Positions 1 to 8,976 of a stretch of DNA of 64,000 bases are shown here, in pieces; the first letter of the stretch is position 1, and each line of letters opens with the position of its first letter. The position numbers were made by a program, and so were the translations under genes. The notes under the pieces were generated by a model. That model made no database searches. It was not told the DNA's origin and saw nothing but the letters and a program-made list of their open reading frames with translations. The DNA comes from an uncultured Phycisphaerae bacterium (GTDB taxonomy: Bacteria > Planctomycetota > Phycisphaerae > UBA1845 > PWPN01). The DNA is taken from positions 88,790-152,789 of the forward strand of contig CALLOB010000005.1 in NCBI GenBank assembly GCA_938005315.1, read 5' to 3'.

Positions 1-1
1 G

Positions 2-250
2 CCGGACCACAGCCAGGGAGGCCGGAAACAGCCCTCGCGTCCGTTCCTTCTGGAAAAGCACGAATCCGTTGGCCGAAGTGTCCATGTTGCCCACCAGGCC
101 CAGGTCGGCACTGGCCAGCGTGGGCCCCTGATAGGCCAGGGGAGGAGGCTTCGGCTTCTCCGCGCAACCCGGGCCGGCGGCCGCCATGACCAGCAACAGG
201 GCCGCCGGACCGACGTGGATGCGACGCGCTTTGACGAACGCAGTGATCAT
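2..250 (-). CDS. Putative lipoprotein, 5' part only (runs off the window edge)
   Basis: Hand translation from ATG at 250: MITAFVKARRIHVGPAALLLVMAAAGPGCAEKPKPPP...; basic N-region, hydrophobic stretch and lipobox-like Cys; no stop before position 1. Confidence 0.65.
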   Translation of the reverse strand, partial: MITAFVKARRIHVGPAALLLVMAAAGPGCAEKPKPPPLAYQGPTLASADLGLVGNMDTSANGFVLFQKERTRGLFPASLAVVR

Positions 251-493
251 GCCCACAGACTCCCGCGGGAACGAGGTCGTCAAGGGACCTTCCACCGGGG
301 TTTATCGGCATTCGGCGGCGGCGGTCCAGCTATATCCGGACGAAAGAGCCCCCGGCCGGAGCGTGGCGCAAAGGCGCAGAACCGCGTTTTTTCCGGACCT
401 GCCGGGCCCGCCCGGCGCATTCCGGCCGGCCGGCGCGATTCGCGCAAACCCGACGGCTCATAACTCACGGGGGAGCCTGGTCGGGCCGATAGC

Positions 494-2011
494 ATGGGTG
501 CGATGTCCCGCAAGACCGGTGCAGCCATAGACTTTCCGGCCGGCTCGATGGAGGCCCCCGCGGCAAGGATCGCCCCGACCTACCCCCGCCTGGTACCGGC
601 CACGGAGGCCGGCCCGCCGGTGCGGGTCACCTGGCCTGCGGCGGTCGGCAACGCCCTGCTGGAGATGCCGTGGCTGGTGTGGAGCCTGTTTGACGCGGCG
701 GTGGCCGGCCTGGGCGCATACCTGGCCTACCACCTGCTGGTCTGGACCCCCGAGGGCGCATGGATCCGGTTTCCGCTATGGCACACCGGGCTGATCCAGG
801 CGGCCTGCCTGGTGCTCTCGGGGCTGATCTTCGGACTGTACGAGCAGCAGACGCTGCTGCGGCGGTCGCGCATCATCGCCCGTTCGGTGCTGAGCATCGC
901 CCTGGCGGTGGGGCTGGCTTACGTCGTGATCTCGCTGTTCATGTACTGTGTGCAGAGCCGGCGGGTGCTGGTCCTGGCGGCGGGCTTCTACCTGCTGATC
1001 GCCCCGACGGTGCGCCTCCTGATCTGCTGGAGCACGCCGAGTTACAGCCGCAGGTTCCTGATCGTGGGCACCGACCGCAAGTCGCGGATGTTTCCCCCCA
1101 GCCACGGCGATGCACTTTCCCGGCGGTATCGCCTGGCCGGATACGTGGCCATGGACGCCGTGGAGGTCGGCCGCGACCTGGGCGGCTACCGGGTACTGGG
1201 CACGATCGACGACATCGAGCAGCTGGTGGTCGAGCACGACATCAAGGAAGTGGTCGTCGGGCCGGGGCCGTCGCGAAACCCGCGGGCGCTGGAAAAGGCC
1301 CTGGGCTGCCTGCGGCTCGGCTGCCGGGTAACGAACTCATCGACGTTCTACGAGCAGGTGCTCAGCGAGGTGCCGCTGGACCATCTGGAACCCAACTGGT
1401 TCCTGTTCGCGGACCTCAAGCACTACCGCGAGGCCCAGCTGATCATCAAGCGGGTGCTGGACATTATCGGCGCGGTCGTCGGCATGGTCCTGAGCCTGCC
1501 GCTTTGGCCGGTGATCGCCCTGTTGATCAAGCTCACCAGCCCCGGGCCGGTGCTCTACAGCCAGCAGCGGGTGGGACGCAACGGCCAGATCTTCCGCCTG
1601 CACAAATTCCGCACCATGTACCTCAATGCCGAACAGGACGGGCACGCCTGGGCGGCCAAGGACGACCCGCGCGTCACGCGGATCGGATGGTATCTCCGGC
1701 GCAGCCGGCTTGACGAGCTCCCGCAGCTGTGGAACATCCTCCTGGGGCAGATGTCGATCGTCGGGCCTCGTCCGGAGCGGCCGGAGTTCGTGCGTGAGCT
1801 CAGCAGCCAGATCCGGTTCTACAACGAGCGCCACCTGGTCAAGCCCGGGCTGACCGGGTGGGCCCAGATCAACTACCCCTACGGCGCCAGCGTCGAGGAC
1901 GCACGCCGCAAGCTCCAGCTGGACCTGTGGTACATCAAGCACATGTCGCTGGAACTCGACCTGGCCATCCTGCTGCGGACGCTCGGCACCGTCTTTCTGG
2001 GCTCGCGGTGA
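494..2011 (+). CDS. Exopolysaccharide polyprenyl glycosylphosphotransferase (WcaJ/WbaP-type sugar transferase)
   Basis: N-terminal TM helices, CoA-binding-like middle domain, C-terminal Bac_transf motifs KRVLD, KFRTM, DDPRVT, LDELPQLWN, GPRPERP, KPGLTGWAQ; true start may be 503 or 548. Confidence 0.95.
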   Translation: MGAMSRKTGAAIDFPAGSMEAPAARIAPTYPRLVPATEAGPPVRVTWPAAVGNALLEMPWLVWSLFDAAVAGLGAYLAYHLLVWTPEGAWIRFPLWHTGLIQAACLVLSGLIFGLYEQQTLLRRSRIIARSVLSIALAVGLAYVVISLFMYCVQSRRVLVLAAGFYLLIAPTVRLLICWSTPSYSRRFLIVGTDRKSRMFPPSHGDALSRRYRLAGYVAMDAVEVGRDLGGYRVLGTIDDIEQLVVEHDIKEVVVGPGPSRNPRALEKALGCLRLGCRVTNSSTFYEQVLSEVPLDHLEPNWFLFADLKHYREAQLIIKRVLDIIGAVVGMVLSLPLWPVIALLIKLTSPGPVLYSQQRVGRNGQIFRLHKFRTMYLNAEQDGHAWAAKDDPRVTRIGWYLRRSRLDELPQLWNILLGQMSIVGPRPERPEFVRELSSQIRFYNERHLVKPGLTGWAQINYPYGASVEDARRKLQLDLWYIKHMSLELDLAILLRTLGTVFLGSR

Positions 2012-2043
2012 GCCCCGCGCCGGACCGCCGGCGGCCGCAGACC

Positions 2044-3150
2044 ATGACCACCCTGACCGCCCATGTCGATATCCGACCACCTGCACGGACGATCCGCGCG
2101 CGACGGCGGCTGCTGCTGTTCATTCCCGCGGCGCTGGCCGGGGCCCTGCTGATTGCCGCGATGGCCGGCGAGCTGCTGGTTCGCGTTCTTGTCGGAACGC
2201 CGATGCCCGAACGCCTGCCGCTGATGACCGTGCAGGCCAGCCCGTGGCGCGGTTACGGCATGGTTCCCGGCGGGGACCACTTCACCTACCACCACCCCGT
2301 GCGGGTCAACAACCTCGGGCTTCGCGGATCGGACGTCGGACCGCCGGAGCCCGGGGAAACCCGGGTGCTGATGCTGGGCGACAGTCTGACCTACGGCCAG
2401 GGCGTAGCCGACGACGACACCGTCCCAGCCGTTCTGGAACGGCTGCTGACCGGCGATCGTGCCCGCCCGGCACGAGTGATCAACGGCGGTCTGCGCGGCT
2501 ATGCCACCAACCAGGAGGTCGGCCTGCTGGTTGAGCTCGGACCGGTGATCCGCCCCGACGTGGTCGTGCTCATGTGGTACTGGAACGACCTGGAGGAGGG
2601 CAACATCGAAGGCACCTGGGAGCGGTTGACACGCAGCGGGCCCGTGGCGTTCGACACGTGGGCCCGCATGGAAGGCGATACGCTGACCCGGTGGCGGCGG
2701 CAGCAGTGGCTGCGGCGCAGCGCCCTGCTCATGCTCCTCCACGATGTCCGGAACCGGCTGACCGCCGGCGAGCAGGCTGGAGTCACCGATCCCGACGCGG
2801 GCATGGAGCGTCTCGACCGGCACCTCGCGCGGCTGACCGAACTGACCGCCGAGTTGGGCGCCCGGCCGGTTCTGGCCACCGTGCCGGACCCCAACGCCCT
2901 GTCCGGCGAGCATTTCAGCCGGGCGTGGGCCGCGACCGCCCGATCCATGGCCTCCAGGCACGGAATCGCCGCGGTGGACCTCGAGCCTCCGCTGCGCGAG
3001 CTGTTCCTACGCCTGGGCCGGCTGCCCGTGCTGGCCTTCGACGGCCACTACGACGCCCGGGCCAACGCCTGCATGGCCGAGGCTCTCGCCGTTGCGCTGC
3101 GTGGCGTGTGGCCGAAGACCACCGCCGCCGCGGCGACGGAACCGGGCTGA
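2044..3150 (+). CDS. Membrane-anchored SGNH/GDSL hydrolase (possible polysaccharide acetyl-esterase/transferase)
   Basis: N-terminal TM segment, NNLGLRG, block I GDSLTYG, block III NDL, block V DGHY; follows the sugar transferase gene. Confidence 0.85.
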   Translation: MTTLTAHVDIRPPARTIRARRRLLLFIPAALAGALLIAAMAGELLVRVLVGTPMPERLPLMTVQASPWRGYGMVPGGDHFTYHHPVRVNNLGLRGSDVGPPEPGETRVLMLGDSLTYGQGVADDDTVPAVLERLLTGDRARPARVINGGLRGYATNQEVGLLVELGPVIRPDVVVLMWYWNDLEEGNIEGTWERLTRSGPVAFDTWARMEGDTLTRWRRQQWLRRSALLMLLHDVRNRLTAGEQAGVTDPDAGMERLDRHLARLTELTAELGARPVLATVPDPNALSGEHFSRAWAATARSMASRHGIAAVDLEPPLRELFLRLGRLPVLAFDGHYDARANACMAEALAVALRGVWPKTTAAAATEPG

Positions 3151-3397
3151 TGCACAACGGGGCAAGCCACACGCCCACGGGCCACGCACCGGCGGGCGAT
3201 GCTCGTGCCCGAGGCACGACCGCGCCGGGTGGTTGAAAAGACGCCAGGAGCGCGACAGGATGTCCGGAGTTTTCCCGGAAGGCGGAAATGCCGGGACCGG
3301 CGTCCCCGGGGTGTCGGGCTCCAGCGGCCCCGGGCGACACGCGAGCTGGAACGAAAGATCCGGACGGCCGTTCGTCGGCCCGGAGATGGAGGCGGTC

Positions 3398-4678
3398 ATG
3401 AACAGGCGGATTTCGCGCAGGCGGATGCTGAAGGCGGGGGCGGCGGCCCTGGCGGCCCCGCTCTTCGTGACGGTGCGGCTGCGGGGGGATCAGGCCCCGA
3501 GCAACCGGATCACCGTCGGCTTCATCGGCACCGGCTCGCACGGGCTGGGGCACAACCTCAACCGCTACCTGCAGCAGCCCGACGCCCGGGTCCTGGCGGT
3601 GTGCGACGTGGACGCCAAGCGCGCCCGGCAGGCCAAGGAGCTGGTGGACTCCCGCTACGGCAGCACCGACTGTGCCGTCACCGGCGATTTCCGGGAGATC
3701 CTGGCCCGCAAGGACATCGACGCGGTGATGATCTCGACGCCGGACCACTGGCACACGCTGATGAGCGTGATGGCCGTGCGGGCCGGCAAGGACGTGCAGT
3801 GCGAGAAGCCCACGCTGACCATCGACGAGGGAAAGATACTCATCCGCGAGGTGCGAAAGCACGGCAAGGTGTTTCAGACCAGCACCGAGGACCGCTCGCT
3901 GGGGGTTTACCGCCGGATGGTCGAGCTGGTGCGCAACGGCCGGATCGGCAAGGTTCGGCGCGTGGAGGTGATCCTGCCCAGGCAGCCGGAGGGCCCGGGT
4001 GATCCGACGCCCCAGCCGGTGCCGCCGGAGCTGGACTACGATATGTGGCTGGGCCCGGCCCCGGAGGCGCCGTACACGAAAGACCGCGTGCACTACACCT
4101 TCCGGTGGATCCAGGACTATTCCGGCGGGATTCTCTGCGACTGGGGCACGCACCTGTTCGACACCGTGCAGTACGCGCTGGATGTCGAGCACAGCGGGCC
4201 GGTGGAGGTCGAGGGCACCGGCACGTTCTGGAGCGGGGGCCTGTTCAACACCGTCAAGGACTACGACCTGACCTACCGCTACGCCGACGGGATAGTGATG
4301 ACCTGCAGGCCGGGCACGCCGAGCCTGAAGTTCATCGGCACCGACGGATGGGTCGGCAACGAGGGCTGGGACGCGCCGCTGCAGGCCGACCCGCCGGGGC
4401 TGCTGGAGACCCGCATCGGTCCGGAGGAGTTCCACGTGACGGCCAACCCGGCCGGGGAGCACCGCGACTTCCTCGACTGCGTGCGCAGCCGCAAGGACCC
4501 CTACTTTCCCGTGGACATCGGCCACCGCGTGGCCACGGTCTGCCACCTCGGCAATATCGCCATCAAGACCGGACGGAAGCTGCGATGGGACCCCCGCGCC
4601 GAGGCGTTCGTCGGCGACGACGAGGCCAACGCGATGTGCCGCCTGCGTCCGATGCGCAAGCCCTGGACCCTGGACTGA
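3398..4678 (+). CDS. Tat-exported Gfo/Idh/MocA family oxidoreductase
   Basis: GGAGG RBS before ATG 3398; SRRRMLK twin-arginine signal; GFIGTG, TPDHWH, CEKP, WLGPAP, DWGTH motifs. Confidence 0.93.
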   Translation: MNRRISRRRMLKAGAAALAAPLFVTVRLRGDQAPSNRITVGFIGTGSHGLGHNLNRYLQQPDARVLAVCDVDAKRARQAKELVDSRYGSTDCAVTGDFREILARKDIDAVMISTPDHWHTLMSVMAVRAGKDVQCEKPTLTIDEGKILIREVRKHGKVFQTSTEDRSLGVYRRMVELVRNGRIGKVRRVEVILPRQPEGPGDPTPQPVPPELDYDMWLGPAPEAPYTKDRVHYTFRWIQDYSGGILCDWGTHLFDTVQYALDVEHSGPVEVEGTGTFWSGGLFNTVKDYDLTYRYADGIVMTCRPGTPSLKFIGTDGWVGNEGWDAPLQADPPGLLETRIGPEEFHVTANPAGEHRDFLDCVRSRKDPYFPVDIGHRVATVCHLGNIAIKTGRKLRWDPRAEAFVGDDEANAMCRLRPMRKPWTLD

Positions 4679-4732
4679 AGCCGGCGGCCGGGCGCGCTGC
4701 CGTGAGGGTCAGCCGCCGGGCCGGATCCCGGC

Positions 4733-5908
4733 TCAATGGCCGGTCAGGCCGGGTAGGAACGGTACCAGGATCGAGATGGCGATGAGGATGATGATGATCC
4801 ACTCCAGAGCCTCCATGCGGCGGTTGGCGTGGCGGTCGGCGATCTTTTCGTAGATGCTCTCCAGGGTCTGGAGCTTGCGAAGGATCACCGTGTCCCAGTC
4901 GTTGGAGTGGAACTTCTCGGAAGCCAGCCGGTAGACGCGGGCCAGGTACTGGTCGCCGAAGAGCTTGAGGGCATTATTGACGCCCTCGAACAGCAGTGCC
5001 CCGTCCACCCGCAGCTCGGCTACGCGGCGAAGGTCGTCCGGCCGCGAGCCGGCCAGCAGCCGCGGCCTCCATCCCCGCCGGACCAGGGCCTCATAGCTGG
5101 CGGCCAGGGACTGGTCGAGCTGGCCGTCGAGGTAACGCATCTCCACCAGTTCGACGTTGGCGTACTCGAGCACCGCACGGACGTCGTCGGCGTCGGTGTC
5201 CATCAGCAGGGCCGCGTTCCAGTCGATGACCAGCAGGTCGTCGCCCCGGAAGCTCAGCCGGCTGCTGAGAGCCTCATCGACCTCCTGGTCCGACAGCGGC
5301 TCGAGCTCGGCCCGGAGGACCTGGGCGAACAGCCGCCGATGGCCCGCGAAGACCTCCGCGGCCGGTGCCGGCGGCGCGAACGATTCGATCTGGTAGACCG
5401 CGTAATCCTCAACCACGTCGGCGATGTTCGCCTTGTTCACCGCCGGGGCGATCATCGCCAGAACCTGTTCGACGCGGCTGCGGGAGTCGGCCAGCAGCTG
5501 GGCGTTGTCGTAGAGCTCGTCGCTCAGGGCCAGCAGCCGGTCCAGCGGGCCGGCCAGCGGAATGGTGTACATCACCGAGGCCGCCCCGAAGTCATAGATC
5601 ATCACCTCCACGGTGTCGGTGGTCGGGAAGCCGCCCAGCAGCAGCGGAACCACGCCCTGGGTCAGGCGCAGCGGCGGGGGATCATACTCGAAGTAGCGCG
5701 GCACGCGACGCTTGTGCTTGATGGTGCCGCGCTGCTTGGTGGAGGTGATGCGCTGCTCGGCCTTGTCGAGGTCCACCGACAGACCGATGTCGTGGGCGAA
5801 GTACACATAGGCCGTCCCACGATCCACGTGGACCGACGTGGACGCGGGCCAGCCGGCGATCGCCGGGCCGGGGCCCGACGGGGATGATGTCCGAGGTATC
5901 GATTCCAT
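4733..5908 (-). CDS. RMD1/DUF155-like protein with C-terminal TM helix
   Basis: YDFGAAS, IDWNAA, DQYLARVY and C-terminal RMEALEWIIIILIAISI typical of this family; start placed at ATG 5908, uncertain. Confidence 0.7.
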   Translation of the reverse strand: MESIPRTSSPSGPGPAIAGWPASTSVHVDRGTAYVYFAHDIGLSVDLDKAEQRITSTKQRGTIKHKRRVPRYFEYDPPPLRLTQGVVPLLLGGFPTTDTVEVMIYDFGAASVMYTIPLAGPLDRLLALSDELYDNAQLLADSRSRVEQVLAMIAPAVNKANIADVVEDYAVYQIESFAPPAPAAEVFAGHRRLFAQVLRAELEPLSDQEVDEALSSRLSFRGDDLLVIDWNAALLMDTDADDVRAVLEYANVELVEMRYLDGQLDQSLAASYEALVRRGWRPRLLAGSRPDDLRRVAELRVDGALLFEGVNNALKLFGDQYLARVYRLASEKFHSNDWDTVILRKLQTLESIYEKIADRHANRRMEALEWIIIILIAISILVPFLPGLTGH

Positions 5909-6120
5909 AGGCCACGTGCAGGGTCGGGCACCACCGGGCGGGACGCTCGGCCAGCCGGGACCACCCTGCCCTCTGCGGCACGCCGCAAGGCTCTGCGGCC
6001 CCTTCGGTCCGCGGAACACCCACCGGTCTCCGGCAGCGATCATACCGGCCGCGCCCCCGGTCCGCCACAATCGGGCCCAAGCCCCACAATGGCCACCCGA
6101 TGGGAGGCTCCGATAATCGC

Positions 6121-6328
6121 CCCGGCCGCCCGGATCGGCGTGCGGTGGCCGGGCATTCGGAGGCGACCGGGCGTTCGGAACTGCTTGAACCGCAGGTTCC
6201 AGTCTGTCAGTTAAGAAGAGAAGGGAATCGCCGCCAGACATGAGGCAGGCGAGGCCCAGTAGGGAGTTCCAAAGCCGACTTCACCGTGATCGACGGTCGT
6301 GGGGGCCTGAACCCACATGCCACCGGCG
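6121..6328. ncRNA. Candidate structured intergenic RNA (possibly 6S-like)
   Basis: Several complementary segments: 6121-30/6144-53, 6167-74/6317-26, 6177-82/6265-70, 6184-91/6195-6202, 6202-06/6235-39, 6283-87/6293-97, 6299-6303/6312-16. Confidence 0.3.
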
Positions 6329-6329
6329 A

Positions 6330-8021
6330 TCAGTCCGGCGGCGGATAGGCCCCAAGCGTTGTCAGCCGGGGATCATCCACCGCCCCGCCGACCGCGAAAT
6401 GGTAGAGACTCTGGAATTCCAGGCCTTCCAGCCCGAGAAGTTCATGGACCGGTTCGTCGAAATACGCCCCGATGCCGGTGCCGCGCAGACCGGACCGCTC
6501 GGCCTCCAGATAGAGCATCTGGCCGACCATTCCCGCTTCCCAGAACAGTGCCCGGTAGAACCATGCCCCGTGCTCGGCCAGGGCGGGCGCGAAACGCGAC
6601 AGCATGCCCGCGCTGAAAGCCCCCATGCCGGCGATGTCTTGGCCGAGGCTGAGGTTCGCCGCGATTTCGCGGCAGTCGCCGGCCGCCAGGCGCACCAGGT
6701 CGAGCCCCTCGGGGCATTGCGGCGGGCGGGTCCACTGGAAGTCGCGGCGCATCGCCGACCGCAACGCGCCGGTCGCGCCAGGGTCGCGAACCAGAAGGTA
6801 AAGCCCCGGCCCCATATCTTCCACCCGGTGTACGAAGAGCAGCAGGTGCGCCTGAGGATGCCAGGGTATCGCATCCCAGGGCGGCGACGGCCCGTTTCCA
6901 GGCACCAGTCTTTCCAGCATCCGCAAGAACGCCTCCCGCCCCATCGGCGTCCGGTCATCGTAGGCCACCCCGCTGCGCCGGCGGCGGAACAAGGTCATGG
7001 CGGAGAGGCCGGGCGAGGCGGTCCGACCGTCGATGCCGGCCGGGCCGGATGCCGCAGCCGCCGGGGGGCATGAATCTCCGCGACCCAGGCCGTCTGGCCC
7101 CCCCACCGTCGCACGCGGCCTGACGGCCGCCTCGGCCACCGCATCGATCGCCGGCCATTCCACATGCCCGGGGCTCAACGTGTTGGCTCGTCCGTGCCAG
7201 GATGAACGGGCGACTTTCTCGATGAGGTCCTCATCGACGCTGAAACCGGGCCGGCCGGCAAAACCGTTGGGAACCACCACGGCCAGCAGGTCCGGGTGTT
7301 CCGGCTCGGCGCCGCGAAAGTCCTCAGAGCGATCCAGCCCCAGCAGCCGGGCCACATCGGCATCTCCCGGCTCGACGGCCATTGCCAGGCGCCAGCCGAG
7401 CATGGCAGCCGCCAGGCGCAGCCCCGCCAAGGCGTGGCCGACATCGTGCTGGCAGTAGCGAAAGGCCCGCTCGCCGTACTTCCAGGCCTCGCGCCAGTGA
7501 ATCGAGCTCAGGCCGACGAGGAAAGCCCCCTCCGGCAGGCCCCCCATCAGCGAGGCGAAGGCCCGCGGCTCCAGGACGGCCCGGCGTTCCAGGGCGTGCT
7601 CCCGGGGAGCATAGTGGTACACGCCGGGAGCTTCCGCCAGCCCGTCCAGTGCAGGCAGCAGCAGGTAGCCTTCGGTCGGATGCAGGTTGCCGCTGGAGGG
7701 GTTGCAGCGCAGCGCCCAGCGTTGCCCGCCGGCCTGCTTCCAGGCCGAGATGGCCAGCGAGGCATAGAGGAATCGCGAGACCGAGTCGACACTCAGCGGT
7801 TCCGGCGCGATTGAGCCGGGTTCAAACAGGGCGTCGTAGGCCGGACCGGGGGCATCGCGGGGTATGGGCAGGGGCAGGCAGGGCGCGCCGTGAAAACGGC
7901 GGAAAGGGTCCGGCTGCGTGGCCCAGTCCAGGTATCCAGGGCCGCGGGCGTAACGGCGGGGGTGGTGCCGGGTCGCCAGGTGATAGGCTTTGACCACTTG
8001 GACAGGGTCCTCGAGCATCAT
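6330..8021 (-). CDS. SagB/ThcOx family nitroreductase (two nitroreductase domains)
   Basis: YHLATRH, LDWATQPDPFRRF, LRCNPSSGNLHPTEGY, WREAWKYGERAFRYCQHDVGHA, RRRS, GTGIGAYFD. Confidence 0.92.
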   Translation of the reverse strand: MMLEDPVQVVKAYHLATRHHPRRYARGPGYLDWATQPDPFRRFHGAPCLPLPIPRDAPGPAYDALFEPGSIAPEPLSVDSVSRFLYASLAISAWKQAGGQRWALRCNPSSGNLHPTEGYLLLPALDGLAEAPGVYHYAPREHALERRAVLEPRAFASLMGGLPEGAFLVGLSSIHWREAWKYGERAFRYCQHDVGHALAGLRLAAAMLGWRLAMAVEPGDADVARLLGLDRSEDFRGAEPEHPDLLAVVVPNGFAGRPGFSVDEDLIEKVARSSWHGRANTLSPGHVEWPAIDAVAEAAVRPRATVGGPDGLGRGDSCPPAAAASGPAGIDGRTASPGLSAMTLFRRRRSGVAYDDRTPMGREAFLRMLERLVPGNGPSPPWDAIPWHPQAHLLLFVHRVEDMGPGLYLLVRDPGATGALRSAMRRDFQWTRPPQCPEGLDLVRLAAGDCREIAANLSLGQDIAGMGAFSAGMLSRFAPALAEHGAWFYRALFWEAGMVGQMLYLEAERSGLRGTGIGAYFDEPVHELLGLEGLEFQSLYHFAVGGAVDDPRLTTLGAYPPPD

Positions 8022-8100
8022 CGCAAGTTTAGGGCTGCGCGAATCTTACGGCCAATCCGTGGCGAGATCGAAGGCCGCCGTGCCAACCGCCCAAAAGGCC

Positions 8101-8130
8101 TCAAGGCCGACCGGCACGGCTGTCCGATAA
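8101..8130 (+). promoter_or_regulatory. Sigma-28 (FliA)-like promoter candidate
   Basis: TCAAG-N17-TCCGATAA upstream of the 8166 ORF; nearly identical layout to the motif upstream of fliM. Confidence 0.45.
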
Positions 8131-8165
8131 CAACACCAGTTCCGGGGAAGATGGAGATTCCGCGC

Positions 8166-8924
8166 ATGGAATATGCCTCGCTGACGTTCTGGATGCTGGT
8201 GATCGTCTTTGCGGCGCTGGGTGTGCACCGGCTGTGGAGTTCGCTGGTGCAGCCGCGGGTGGTCAACTCGCTGCTGCTGCCGGGCACGCTGGTGGCCACC
8301 GTCGGGCACGTGATCGGCATGCTGATCACCGGCGGGACGGTCAACAACACCACGCTGGTCAAGGACGACGCCACCGGCGAGCCGCAGACCGGCAGCGGCG
8401 AGATCAAGACCCGGGTACCCTTCGTCGGCACGGTGATCATCGCCCTGCTGCCGATGATCGGCTGCGCGGTGGCGATCTACTGGATCGCCCGGTACCTGGG
8501 TTCGCCGATCCTGGCGGCCATGGAGCAGGCCCCGTTCGACCGGATGCTGCTGCCGACCAGTCTGCCTATGTTCTTCGCGACGATCCGCGAGCTGCTGACG
8601 TTGGTGGAGCGGCTGGTGAACGTGATCCTGCAGAGCGACCTGCGAAACTGGCAGACGCTGCTGTTTCTCTACCTGGTGGTGTGCATGACCGTGCGGATGG
8701 CACCGCTTTCGGGCAACGTCCGCGGTGCACTGGGCGCGATCCTGCTGACGGGCGTGCTGACCTTCCTCATCGGTCAGGCCACGAGCACGGCGGAAGGCTC
8801 GACCATGTCCGCCGCCTGGCCGCTGGTGACCTTCTGCGTGGCGGTCTCGCTGCTGCTGCTGATGCTCAGCCTGCTGGCGACCGGCGCCGTGCACCTGATC
8901 CGGACGCTCCTGAACGCCAAGTGA
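8166..8924 (+). CDS. Hypothetical multi-pass membrane protein (M50 peptidase-like N-terminus, degenerate metal motif)
   Basis: Several hydrophobic helices and GC-biased codon use; LLPGTLVATVGH sits where M50-like proteins have PGTxxHExxH. Confidence 0.8.
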   Translation: MEYASLTFWMLVIVFAALGVHRLWSSLVQPRVVNSLLLPGTLVATVGHVIGMLITGGTVNNTTLVKDDATGEPQTGSGEIKTRVPFVGTVIIALLPMIGCAVAIYWIARYLGSPILAAMEQAPFDRMLLPTSLPMFFATIRELLTLVERLVNVILQSDLRNWQTLLFLYLVVCMTVRMAPLSGNVRGALGAILLTGVLTFLIGQATSTAEGSTMSAAWPLVTFCVAVSLLLLMLSLLATGAVHLIRTLLNAK

Positions 8925-8976
8925 TCTCTCACCCCCTGCCCCGGCACCCGACCGGCCGGTTCGCACGGCATGGGGG

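Noticed and set aside
6193-6235. AGGTT...AAGGGAAT resembling the start of a cobalamin riboswitch
   Set aside because: The downstream conserved elements (GGTG-AA-TCC, GCCACTG, GGGAAG, ACCTGCC) are missing.
6330-8021. SagB/ThcOx-like gene as part of a RiPP cluster
   Set aside because: No YcaO, precursor peptide or transporter nearby; standalone members are common.
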